A DNA stretch of 62,229 bases, counting the filler, from Aduncisulcus paluster (taxonomy: Eukaryota): assembly GCA_024181965.1 (NCBI GenBank). It is 6 parts of 6 records of this genome, joined end to end, with 100 filler letters (N's around TTAATTAATTAA, not from the genome) between each part and the next. Parts side by side here need not be neighbours in the genome. Positions count along the whole stretch, not along the records: positions 1 to 15,910 come from BQXS01011288.1; positions 16,011 to 20,890 come from BQXS01011289.1; positions 20,991 to 40,078 come from BQXS01011290.1; 3 more parts are not named here. One strand, 5' to 3'. Under the pieces are notes generated by a model. The model was not told the DNA's origin. It made no database searches and saw nothing but the letters and a program-made list of their open reading frames with translations. Both the position numbers and the translations under genes were made by a program. Shown here in pieces: positions 12,529 through 22,819 of this stretch. The first letter of the stretch is position 1. Every line of letters begins with the position of its first letter.

Positions 12529-14223
12529 ATGATCAGCCATCAGAATCTGTTTGACCATAAATCAAACAAAAGGAACACCATAAAGAGGTTTTGTCTCGTA
12601 TTTGCCATCATAATTGGAATTGTTGTTCTCTCTGTTTCTATCACATCACATATCGCCTATAAAAGATTTTTGAACAAATATTTTGGTTATGGATACGATG
12701 GAATGATTGAAAGATTGATTCATAAAGAAATGTCACATCTCAAAGGTGAAGTTTATCTAGATTACACTGGTAGTGGTCTATATACGAAATCTCAGATTGA
12801 TTCGTGTGACAAAATGTTAAAAAGTAATCTATATTGTAATGCTCACTCTCGAGCACCGTGTTCTTTGCGAACCGAAAAAGAGATAGATGCAGCACGAAAG
12901 ATGGTTCTTGAGTTTTTCAATACAACATCCTCTGAATATTCTGTCATTTTTACAAGTGGGACTACACAAGGATTGAAGATGATTGGAGAGTATTTTCCAT
13001 GGTCAGAAAAGAGTGCTTTTGTGTATACAACTCATAATCACAACAGTGTCCTCGGCGTGAGGAAATATGCTCAACACAACGGAGGACTCTTTAAAGCATT
13101 CGAACAAAGTGAGATAGAGTCAGCCCTTGAACCATATATCACTGAAAATGATGATATAGAAGAACCATTAAGTTCTTCGCCTGGAAATTTCGATTCCTGG
13201 GATGATTTTACAAGCGACAAGGAAATCAAAATCTCAAATTTATTTGCATATCCCGCAGAATGTAATTTCTCTGGTATTAAATATCCTCTTGAATGGGTTA
13301 ATATGATCGAAGATGGTTCGATGAAGAAAGCTCTCTCCGATTTATTGGTCGTCGAAGATGAAATTGATCGCCAAAACGATGATTGGTACACCATTTTAGA
13401 TGTTGCAGCCTTCGTACCTACGAACAAATTAGATCTATCCCAAGTTCCTGCAGACTTTGTTGTGCTTTCATTCTACAAAATGTTCGGTTATCCAACCGGA
13501 TTAGGCGCACTTCTTATCCGTCAGGACGTTGCATCAAGACTGAAGAAGCCATATTTTGGTGGTGGCTCCGTTGGAATTGTTGGTTGCCGCGAAGACTTTT
13601 GCCAAGAAAAGCCTCGGCCAAGTGATCGTCTTGAAGATGGGACCGTTGGATTTTTAAATATTATTGCGTTAAAAGAAGGCTTCAAGCTTCTTTCTGAGAC
13701 CCTTGGTGGAATTGAAAAGGTTGAACAGCATGTGGCAGCAGTAACTCGGTATGCTTACGACCAACTTTCTTTGTTGTATCATGACAATGGTATTCCTCTT
13801 GTTCAAATTTATGGGAATCATGAAATACAATGGACCAAATATCAAGATATGACCTCAAATAATTCGATTTCGCTTGATATTCAGGGTGGAATATTGAGTT
13901 TTAGCGTTTTGAATCCTGATGGATCATTCGTTGGTTATTACACCGTTCAAGATCTTTCCGCCAGACATAACATCCATCTCCGCACTGGAATGGTGTGTAA
14001 TCCTGGTGCATGCTATTCCTTACTTGGATTGAATGAAACTCAGGTCTGTGAGTTTGCTTCCAATAAGGAGAGTTGTGGGGATGATGTTGACATGATGAAT
14101 GGACTGCCTCTCGGAACTGTGCGTGTGAGTTTTGGGTTCGCATCAACGAAAGACGACGTTGACGCTCTTGTAAGGTTCCTTATTTCTGAATTTCAAAATA
14201 GCCTAACAGTTCCTTTTGAGTGA
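12529..14223 (+). CDS. Molybdenum cofactor sulfurase-like PLP enzyme (aminotransferase class V) with N-terminal TM anchor and no MOSC domain
   Basis: VYLDYTG, IFTSGTT, HNSVLG, PLP lysine in SFYKMFGYPTGLGALL, LRTGMVCNPGAC and VRVSFG. First ATG at 12529. Confidence 0.85.
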   Translation: MISHQNLFDHKSNKRNTIKRFCLVFAIIIGIVVLSVSITSHIAYKRFLNKYFGYGYDGMIERLIHKEMSHLKGEVYLDYTGSGLYTKSQIDSCDKMLKSNLYCNAHSRAPCSLRTEKEIDAARKMVLEFFNTTSSEYSVIFTSGTTQGLKMIGEYFPWSEKSAFVYTTHNHNSVLGVRKYAQHNGGLFKAFEQSEIESALEPYITENDDIEEPLSSSPGNFDSWDDFTSDKEIKISNLFAYPAECNFSGIKYPLEWVNMIEDGSMKKALSDLLVVEDEIDRQNDDWYTILDVAAFVPTNKLDLSQVPADFVVLSFYKMFGYPTGLGALLIRQDVASRLKKPYFGGGSVGIVGCREDFCQEKPRPSDRLEDGTVGFLNIIALKEGFKLLSETLGGIEKVEQHVAAVTRYAYDQLSLLYHDNGIPLVQIYGNHEIQWTKYQDMTSNNSISLDIQGGILSFSVLNPDGSFVGYYTVQDLSARHNIHLRTGMVCNPGACYSLLGLNETQVCEFASNKESCGDDVDMMNGLPLGTVRVSFGFASTKDDVDALVRFLISEFQNSLTVPFE

Positions 14224-15133
14224 TTTTCTTTTTATTATTATTATTATTAATTTCTGAAATGATTTTGTTATATTGATGTTGGTATATACTTGGTTACATT
14301 TGATGACCTTACTATATGACCCTTGTTGCTCAAAATATCACTCTCCATTGTCTCGATTGACTGATATCAGTCCTTGGATACTGATCGAAGACATAACCAA
14401 ATGAGACAAATCATTTAGTACCTCCGGAACATCTCTCACCTCAGTACTTGACAGAGGGCAGTCTCCGGGAAATTCAATGTGTAAGAGAAACAGAGACTGT
14501 ATACAATACTATATATTATAATTTGCAAGACAGCAGAGAAGACGGGTTTATAGCCCACCCGTTATTGGTTCCTTTTCTTTATTCGTTACTTTTTTTGTAT
14601 AGTTTTTTGTCTCATAATAATATGTTTGCCCTGTGTCGGCAAACCCACCAAAATGAACAGGTATTTGCATGCTCATTACGCATGTTTATTGATCAGTTTA
14701 TTTATTTCTGACAATCTATCATTCATTATGAGTACACTATTGATATAGTATACTGTACTATACTGATATAACCCATAGAACTATCACATTGATGGCATGT
14801 GATCCTTCAAGATAGACATAATAATATATAGATATTATACAAGATTACAAGAATGCCTATAATAACGATAATAGGTGCTCGCTAGGATCCATTTTATTGT
14901 TGCACTAAATCTCGAGGAATAAATACTGTTTGAACTTTGAATTGTTCAAATTTCAAGCCAAAAATCAGTCAAAAAATTTGCCTTTTTCGAAAAATTCCTA
15001 AAACACAATATCTATTCATATTTCCCCAAATATGTGTAAAATATCACGATTTCAACCCATAAGCTCCAACAATCCACAGCAGGAATGAAGGACAGGATAG
15101 AGAAACAACGAATTTGAAAAAAAGTCAAAAAAT

Positions 15134-15207
15134 CGCTTCCACCGGGGTTCGAACCCGGGTCTGCCACGTGACAGGCGGCCATACTAAACCAACTATACTA
15201 TAGAAGC
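15134..15207 (-). tRNA. tRNA-Asp(GTC)
   Basis: Acceptor GCTTCTA/TGGAAGC with G discriminator, anticodon arm GCCGC-CTGTCAC-GTGGC, T arm CCGGG-TTCGAAC-CCCGG, followed by an oligo-T Pol III terminator. Confidence 0.95.
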
Positions 15208-15910
15208 TACGAGAGAGAAATATCCGAAAAGAGCCCAGTACAGAACATGACAAAAAAATGAAATAAATGTAAAGTGCCATGGATAAAAACTTCAGATACT
15301 ATTTTATTGTAACTGCAAAAGCGCGAATAGACAGTATAACAGGGGGAAAAACACGAATTGTTCGGATATACCTTTATACGTTGCCAACTTGGGGAATAAA
15401 ATTCATATATGTTAGAATATCGGATATCATATAAACGAATATATACATGCTTACTCCTGATATTTTGACGGCAACAAACTATTAAAATGTGTTTCTTGTT
15501 TTCGTCAGGATCACACCATGATCATCACAGATATTTGATTTCAATCCTTTCCACTAAGCCACTTATCTCCATCCCTTGATATTCTTTTTCGTTTTGTTGG
15601 TTTAATTTCACTCTTCAGGGATGAATATTTGTTTTTCAATTTGTTTGACATTCCTCCTTCTCTTTCTTCTCCTTCTTCTGTTCATTTCGTGTCTATGATG
15701 AGACCCATTTATATATGTATGTGGGTGTGAATGTGTATTGGAAGCAGTTAGATGATCCAACTCCGACGCCGCCTTAGATCCTCTTTCTCATTTTCACCCT
15801 CATCATCCATAACAATATCAATAATAATCATAATAATAGTCCTGCTTTGCTATTTCTATGATAGGCCATTTTTCATTATTTTTTATTGATCTTTTTTCGG
15901 ATTCTATCAA

Positions 15911-16010
15911 NNNNNNNNNNNNNNNNNNNNNNNNNNNNNNNNNNNNNNNNNNNNTTAATTAATTAANNNNNNNNNNNNNNNNNNNNNNNNNNNNNNNNNN
16001 NNNNNNNNNN
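15911..16010. other. Artificial contig linker N44-TTAATTAATTAA-N44
   Basis: Identical six-frame-stop linker also at 20891-20990, 40079-40178, 46972-47071 and 52852-52951. Confidence 0.95.
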
Positions 16011-16011
16011 C

Positions 16012-16818
16012 ACCATTCTCTCTGCTCACTCTATGCTTGAGAACTCTGACTGTGCTTTCATGGTTGATAACGAGGCTATGTACGACATCTGCCGTCGTAA
16101 CCTTGACATTGAGCGTCCCACCTACACCAACCTTAACAGGCTTATTGCTCAGTGTGTTTCCTCCATCACTGCTTCCCTCAGATTCGATGGTGCTTTGAAC
16201 GTTGATCTTACTGAGTTCCAGACCAACTTGGTTCCCTACCCTCGTATCCACTTCCCTCTCTGCTCTTACGCTCCTATCATCTCTGCTGAGAAGGCCTACC
16301 ACGAGCAACTCTCTGTTGCCGAGCTCACCAACTCTGTTTTCGAGCCCGCTAACATGATGGTTAAGTGTGATCCCCGTCACGGTAAGTACATGGCTTGTGT
16401 TCTTATGTTCCGTGGTGATGTCGTTCCTAAGGATGTTAACACCGCCGTTGCCACCATCAAGACCAAGCGTACCATCCAATTCGTTGACTGGTGTCCTACT
16501 GGTTTCAAGATTGGTATCAACTACCAACCCCCTGCCGTTGTCCCCGGAGGTGACCTTGCCAAGGTTCAGAGAAGCTGTCTTATGATCAGCAACACCACCG
16601 CCATCGCCGAGGTTTGGTCTCGTATGGACCACAAGTTCGATCTTATGTACCAGAAGCGTGCCTTCGTTCACCACTACGTTGGAGAAGGTATGGAAGAAGG
16701 TGAGTTCTCTGAGGCTCGTGAAGATCTTGCTGCCCTTGAGAAGGATTACGAGGAGATCGGTGCCGACAGTCCTATTGAAGAGGGTGAAGATGAGGGTATG
16801 GCCGACGAGGGATTCTAA
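16012..16818 (+). CDS. TUBA: Alpha-tubulin, 5'-partial
   Basis: [47 protein letters not shown] and [25 protein letters not shown]. Strong codon bias. Confidence 0.98.
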   Translation, partial: TILSAHSMLENSDCAFMVDNEAMYDICRRNLDIERPTYTNLNRLIAQCVSSITASLRFDGALNVDLTEFQTNLVPYPRIHFPLCSYAPIISAEKAYHEQLSVAELTNSVFEPANMMVKCDPRHGKYMACVLMFRGDVVPKDVNTAVATIKTKRTIQFVDWCPTGFKIGINYQPPAVVPGGDLAKVQRSCLMISNTTAIAEVWSRMDHKFDLMYQKRAFVHHYVGEGMEEGEFSEAREDLAALEKDYEEIGADSPIEEGEDEGMADEGF

Positions 16819-17098
16819 GCCCATTAATCTTTTCCGTTAGCTCTATACAGTAAAGTAACAAATTGCTCGTGTTTTTGATTCATATTTTTTTTTTTTATTT
16901 GGGGATATTCCGAATAGGGGGGTACAGTGATATTATTAATCATATGTTCACGATGAACGACTGAGTGGATATCATATTCACGGTCATGCTGACCTGTGAT
17001 AGGACCATTATAGCGACAATATCACGATTTTAGGAATGTTCTTACTTTTAGCCCAAGGCAGGATCGATAATCGTTCGACTAGACAACTATTGACGAAC

Positions 17099-17658
17099 TC
17101 ATAAGGGGATATGAACATATAATCTTCCTCTACCTTCCAACGTATCCAAGGCTTCAAGCCACTTGCGATTGTCCTCCTCACCCTTTTCTTTTATCTCCAT
17201 GAAAGAGCCCTGGATGCTTGTGGGTTCTACAGAAGCAACAGGAGCACTCTTTTTGTACGATTCTTTGAGGGCAGAAATTCGAGCTTCATACAGTTGGACG
17301 GCTTTCAATTCCAATTCCAATTCCTTTCCCCTCACTCTCTTCAGTTCTGTCAGTTCCCTCAGAAGTTTCTTTTGTTAGAGAAGAAGTCGAATGAGGAGAT
17401 CCGTCTGAGTAATCACTCTCCTCATCTTCTACACTTCTGTCACTCACAGAAACCACTCCTTCTTCTTCATTCACATCTTCCACGACAGTTGACACAGTGG
17501 ACGGATTTGGATGTCTCTTGTTCAACTTCTCGAGAGATTTTGAGAGCCTTCAGAGTCTCTTGTTCAGAGGCATGCATCAATAATGCTTTGAGGAATTGAA
17601 TTCGAAATAATGGACGGAATGATTTCCTTGAGCCACAGAAGACCAAACCCACCAGCAA
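17099..17658 (-). pseudogene. Frameshifted coding remnant (acidic/coiled-coil)
   Basis: Three overlapping short minus-strand ORFs that appear to continue one another across frameshifts. Confidence 0.4.
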
Positions 17659-17691
17659 GAATAAATAGGATCGTGGAGATTAATCTTTCAC

Positions 17692-18387
17692 TCATACTAT
17701 GGTACAGTACAGTATGAGTGAATAGTATTCATGATCTTCCAAAGCTTCACTCATACTTTTTGTTACCTTTAACACCTTTTTGAGCAATTTAGCCCCGTCT
17801 AATTTAATAATCTTAAATACATCCGAATTGGTCGATGTTTTTTTGTAAGCAAATACATTGAATAATCTCCCCTTAGAAGAAGTATCAGAATCGGATAACT
17901 TTGATGCACACAGCCAACATCCAGTAGCTTTGTACATATCTATCCTTTCAATATGATTGACTTTAATCTCAGAATAAGACAGATCCTGGGATATCGCAAA
18001 GTGTCCACTCAAGGATCTATAAATAGCACTGAACGAGAAGAGAATTCCATCCCCAAGGATGTTCGCTACTTCCCTGATTGTTGGACATGAGCATGACTTA
18101 ATCGGTCTGTCAGAGCTATTCAGACCGATTCGGATGACACCGAGCAAAGGATGGTCGGGATACGAACAAGAAGTCGAGAAGTTAAGTAATGCGCACATGT
18201 GATCACATAATGAGGAAAGATTGCCAATTGTTACATATATTACACCACGAATTCTCCTAATATCCTGAGAAAATAATATGTCTTCTTCTTCTCTCTTTTC
18301 TTCTTCTCTCTTCATCTTGCGTGTATGTTCTCTCGAATCACGAATTATTGAGATACTGTGGTTGATAACTTGGACGTTCGGAATCAC
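17692..18387 (-). CDS. Hypothetical protein or remnant (231 aa)
   Basis: Open frame with no recognised motif, lying among fragmented ORFs. Confidence 0.35.
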   Translation of the reverse strand: MIPNVQVINHSISIIRDSREHTRKMKREEEKREEEDILFSQDIRRIRGVIYVTIGNLSSLCDHMCALLNFSTSCSYPDHPLLGVIRIGLNSSDRPIKSCSCPTIREVANILGDGILFSFSAIYRSLSGHFAISQDLSYSEIKVNHIERIDMYKATGCWLCASKLSDSDTSSKGRLFNVFAYKKTSTNSDVFKIIKLDGAKLLKKVLKVTKSMSEALEDHEYYSLILYCTIV

Positions 18388-18777
18388 AGAAAACTTATCA
18401 AATTTCCGTCTTCCAAGATCGAAGGCTTCAAGTTCACTTCGTTGAATTTGGAGGCAACTATTTGCAGATTTCTCAAATACTTGCCAAATTGGAGTCCTCG
18501 AATCCCGGCAAAACTGTGAACACGTTTCGACATATGATTTGCCAAATTTATGAATCCATTTTCTGATATTAATCGGATTGATATCAATTATGACAATTTT
18601 TTTAGTGGAGTATGGAACTTTTTCAAAAACAGAAGTTCGGGAAGCGGGCCAAAACGATCATCCGCCAAATAAAAAATATCATGGATACATTAATATAGTG
18701 TTTCTTTTTGTAATCACCTTCAAGGGCAGCCTCAAGCCACCTTGCATACTCAACACACTGGTCTGGCCAGGGAACGT

Positions 18778-18921
18778 TGGCAAGAGAGAAGAAAGAAAGA
18801 AACCATGACGATGTCTTGTTCCACCGACAAACGAGAAGGCTTTCAGCTCAATGAAGCATGGAGATCCCAAACGAATGAGTTTGACATACCCAGGAATGTC
18901 TTCACGACGGCAATTCAGCTT
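18778..18921 (-). pseudogene. Isolated fragment resembling TYW1 (wybutosine radical-SAM enzyme) C-terminal region
   Basis: N..EDIPGYVKLIRLGSPCFIELKAFSFVG resembles the TYW1 segment N..E..Y..L...G.PDFIEVKG..(Y/F).G. No CxxxCxxC motif nearby. Confidence 0.5.
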
Positions 18922-18996
18922 ACTCTGGCGGCCAGAAGAGCGGTTTCGGTTAAAAGTGTCACACAGACTTTGCAAAGTGCCACAAAAAGCAAGTTA

Positions 18997-19098
18997 TAGT
19001 TCCACCGGACAAAACTCATGTAAATGTCGTAATAACACAGAAAGAATGGAAAAATTAATAATTAGAGGTCCTTTTTGAGCAGAATTAACAAGAAAAAA
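18997..19098 (+). repeat. ~100-bp direct repeat, copy 1 (upstream of SNARE gene)
   Basis: Aligns with 20078-20192 (tagttcc...acaaaactca...cacagaaagaatggaaaa...cctttttgagc.gaattaacaagaaaaaa). Confidence 0.85.
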
Positions 19099-19170
19099 AT
19101 TCATCTAATAGGAGTCGTCCTACCGAGCGAATTTTTTGGAAATACCCCATTTCTGGAACACAATCAACCA

Positions 19171-19969
19171 ATGTCGACCGAATTTTCAAATCAGTTACAA
19201 CTATTAAACGTCAAGATGAACAACTGTACCCAGCTTATTGCCAAACTTGGTAGGGCAGTATGTTTTTTGTGAATAATTATTTTGATGGCATGATAAGGGA
19301 ATTTATTTATATTAATATTTTTTTTTATAATTCTTTTAACACATTTTATTATGATGTTATAATGATTAGACCGGGCAAAGAGTCTCCCAGTTGAATTACG
19401 ATTTTATCCACGAATCCAATGGAATTGAGAGGTTATATCAGAGAATTGTGTCAATGTTTGAAGATATTTCGAAGGATCCTGGACATTTTGGAATGACAGA
19501 GACCGATATGCATAGAAGTGAAGAGTTTATACTTAAAGCTGGTAAATATGTTAAACAGATCTCAGAAGCTAGATCAAAACGAGGCGCTACGAAACGTCGA
19601 GGAAGAGGTGCTACCGTAGCTATCGGAAAAGAAACAGAAGAAACTTCTGTCATGAGTACAAGACAAATCCTTGATGAAACGAAGGAGGCTTATGATGAAG
19701 GAGATGAAATGATCAGTGTTCTTTCAGATTCAATGAAAGGTATTAAAGAAATGGCAAAAGGAATTGGAAACTCTTTGGAGGAATCTACACAGAAAATCAT
19801 TGATATCACCACCGAAGTTGAAAATGCTGAAGCCCACGCGAATGTTGCAACACGAAAAATCGAAAAGGTGTCCAATATGGCCAAGTATGGGACGAAAGGA
19901 TTAATGGTTGCCAACGTACTTGCTATTATCGGTCTAATCGTTGTAATCATCATAAAGGTGAAGGAATAG
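19171..19969 (+). CDS. Qc-SNARE (syntaxin-6/8-like), 2 exons
   Basis: Exon 19171-19257, intron 19258-19369 (GTATGTT...TAG) and exon 19370-19969 are in frame. C-terminal SNARE coil followed by a TM tail anchor. Confidence 0.8.
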
Positions 19970-20077
19970 TTGATTATTCTTTTTCATTTTTCATTATTTT
20001 TTGATTTTAGTATTTAAATATCTCTCTATATATACTATATAAGATAGTATCTTTTTTTTTTATTGGTACCGTACCAG

Positions 20078-20192
20078 TAGTTCCGCCCGAACAAAACTCA
20101 CTGAGTTTATGGCATAAATGTTGTAATACCACAGAAAGAATGGAAAATAAAATAATTAGAGATCCTTTTTGAGCGGAATTAACAAGAAAAAA
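20078..20192 (+). repeat. ~100-bp direct repeat, copy 2 (upstream of next gene)
   Basis: Paralog of 18997-19098 with a ~12-nt insertion. Confidence 0.85.
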
Positions 20193-20285
20193 TATTAAGG
20201 TTTTAGATGAAGAAACCTAACGCATCCCCCCAAAAATGATCCGGATTTGACTCAAATCGCTATTTCTTGGTATCAAAAATTATAT

Positions 20286-20890
20286 ATGGCTAAGACATCT
20301 TTATATTACTTTGGAAAGAAATATATACCCAGCGATCTAAGTATAATCTTAGTTTCTTTGTGCCCCAAAGAATCATTCTGTATTATCCCCGCAGTGGAAT
20401 CCTATAAGAGTCTTAAAATACCATTTCCATATTTTATATATTCCACCTTAAAACATAATCCCAACTTTTTTGATGATATGCCAAATATTTTCAAGTATCC
20501 AAAATCTTCAATGTCAAAGTGTATTTCTGCTCGGTTTCACTTGTTTGAATCATTTATTAGCGAAACAGAAACACTTCATATCAAATATGATCTTAAATTA
20601 TATGAGAAAGATAAATATAGAGAGGTAATATCAGATCATCCAAATTTCGAGTTGTTCTTAAAGATCATTGATTCGTGTTATTTTGATTTTGATACAGGCA
20701 AAAACATGAGCATTCAGGAATCTTTGAAGGAAAAAATATGTTCGAAACGAATTTATCGTTTGATTTATCGAGATTGTCATGCAGTTCAAAATATTATGAG
20801 AAAATTCGGTGACGAGGAAAGCAGTCAAATTCCAACATTATTTGCACAAAAATCAATGGAAATATTATGCTCCCGTGTTTGTTTTAAAGA
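20286..20890 (+). CDS. Hypothetical protein, 3'-truncated by linker
   Basis: Open frame from ATG 20286 to the contig end. Confidence 0.55.
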
Positions 20891-20990
20891 NNNNNNNNNN
20901 NNNNNNNNNNNNNNNNNNNNNNNNNNNNNNNNNNTTAATTAATTAANNNNNNNNNNNNNNNNNNNNNNNNNNNNNNNNNNNNNNNNNNNN

Positions 20991-22133
20991 GAAAAGGAAA
21001 AGGAAAGGAAGGAAGAAGAGGGGAAAGAAGAGAAGGAGGAAGAGAAGGATGAAGAAGAAGAAGAAACTTCAGATGAAACTTCAGAAGAAGAAGAGGGAGA
21101 GAAAGAAGGAAAAGAGAAGGAGGGAACAGATAAGCCGCACTCTGCGTTAGATAGTAAGATTAAACAGTATGGGGCCATAACTGTTGATTCTTCCAGTGTA
21201 CAAGAGTATATGGAATCTCAAACATGCTCTACCGGTTCATGTCCCATGCAGAGGCCTGTTTTCCTCCAACTTCCAGAGCATATTCGGATCAATAACACTC
21301 TTCCATTCACTTTAATGTTCCTCTTCCTATTCCTGGGCATTCGTGATCTCGTGTGGATGTGGGTAGCTTCTGTATGGGGTGTTCTGTGGTGTTCCCTGAC
21401 TATTTCTCTCCAGCTCAGTTCATTTAATCCCAAGAATAACAAAATAAGCAAAGAGACTCAACCAAAAAGGCCTAAGAAGGCACATATCAGCGGTCAACCA
21501 ACGAAAAAGGTTAAGCATCAGAACTTTAAGAAAGGAGGAATTGTTGTCTCATCCCCCATGTCCAATTCAAAGGACAACGCTAAGGATACGGGTAAAGGAA
21601 AGAACAAGAATGTCGCGAATACTCCCTCTCTCACAATATCAACTCCTTCCCTTTTCTCAAGTCTTATTCTTCCCTTGATTGTGTATGTACCCCTCGTTAT
21701 ATCTTTGCTTCTATTCTGGATGGTCTTTCTTGCCATTAAACACCATGATAATGAAGATGTTTGGGCTGTGATCACATCAACGATAGCCGACAAGACATTC
21801 CAAGGACCGTCTGGATATGATATTGAACCTAAGGCCAAGTTCGAGTATTCCATGCTATTCAGTCTTCCTATGATGCGAGTGTGGAATGTTTGTGTATTTT
21901 GGATTCTCTTTGGCAGAAAATGTTTCACAAATGCCATCAATGTGGGGAAGGTTAAAGGATTTGACAAGATTAGTTTTGGAGAGAAATGGATCAGATTAAT
22001 GTCTCTTGAACAGTACTTATCTATTTTAATAACCTTCTCAATTCTCCTTATAAATACTTTTGTGGATGACGAAGCACTTCAAATTGTTAGTTGGATTGTA
22101 GAGTTTAACTGGATCGTAAAAATGGATTTTTAA
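20991..22133 (+). CDS. Multi-pass membrane protein with acidic segment, 5'-partial
   Basis: Frame open from the contig start (E/K-rich), followed by several hydrophobic helices. Confidence 0.7.
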   Translation, partial: EKEKERKEEEGKEEKEEEKDEEEEETSDETSEEEEGEKEGKEKEGTDKPHSALDSKIKQYGAITVDSSSVQEYMESQTCSTGSCPMQRPVFLQLPEHIRINNTLPFTLMFLFLFLGIRDLVWMWVASVWGVLWCSLTISLQLSSFNPKNNKISKETQPKRPKKAHISGQPTKKVKHQNFKKGGIVVSSPMSNSKDNAKDTGKGKNKNVANTPSLTISTPSLFSSLILPLIVYVPLVISLLLFWMVFLAIKHHDNEDVWAVITSTIADKTFQGPSGYDIEPKAKFEYSMLFSLPMMRVWNVCVFWILFGRKCFTNAINVGKVKGFDKISFGEKWIRLMSLEQYLSILITFSILLINTFVDDEALQIVSWIVEFNWIVKMDF

Positions 22134-22819
22134 GAAAGTGATCGGTAAAAAATATTATTATAAAAGAAAAATGTTTACAAAATAATATCAATATTAAAAT
22201 TATAATAAAACGCAACAGTGCATCATGCATCGGATAACTCATGAAATCTGCAATTGACATATAATATATTATAGAATTCGATTGTAATTGAACTTAAAAA
22301 GCAGGAATTCTTCTAATTTTATTCTTTAGATTATGTATACTCCATTCTATTTTAGTTTCGGGGGTTTTGCTGTCGTCTTAAAAACAGTGTGGAATTGGAA
22401 CACATTCCTGCATTAAATGTTGCGCGTTTTATAATGTCTTTTGGCCGATTATGATTTCTATAAATCCGGTATAACAGATCTTTTAAATGTATCCTATTCT
22501 ATTTCATAATAGAAATAATTACAATTTATTCAAAAGTTATTCGCTCTAACAGACATGTTTTAAACTATTATACTTATTGTAAACCTTCATTAGATACAGA
22601 TTAAGTATTATTCCTAACATTTCCTTTTCAAGTGGAAATTAAGTGATATTATTTTGAAAAAACATATTATTTATTGATAAATTTATTATTTAATGTTGAA
22701 TATTGTGAGAAAACAGGTTATTGTCGTACAAGATTCGAACTTTGACTGCTGACAAGTCTTGTTTCGTAATGATGATTCGAACGACTATTGGTATATTTGG
22801 ATATCAAATTTAGAGAATA

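Noticed and set aside
14530-14570. CAGAGAAGA resembling the U6 snRNA ACAGAGA box
   Set aside because: No following AGC triad and ISL in the U6 arrangement.
15955-15966. Recurrent TTAATTAATTAA within N runs (five times)
   Set aside because: Synthetic six-frame-stop contig linker. Gene adjacency across these points is not meaningful.
15955-16824. 289-aa antisense ORF over alpha-tubulin and many similar shadow ORFs
   Set aside because: By-products of codon bias on the opposite strand or alternate frames.
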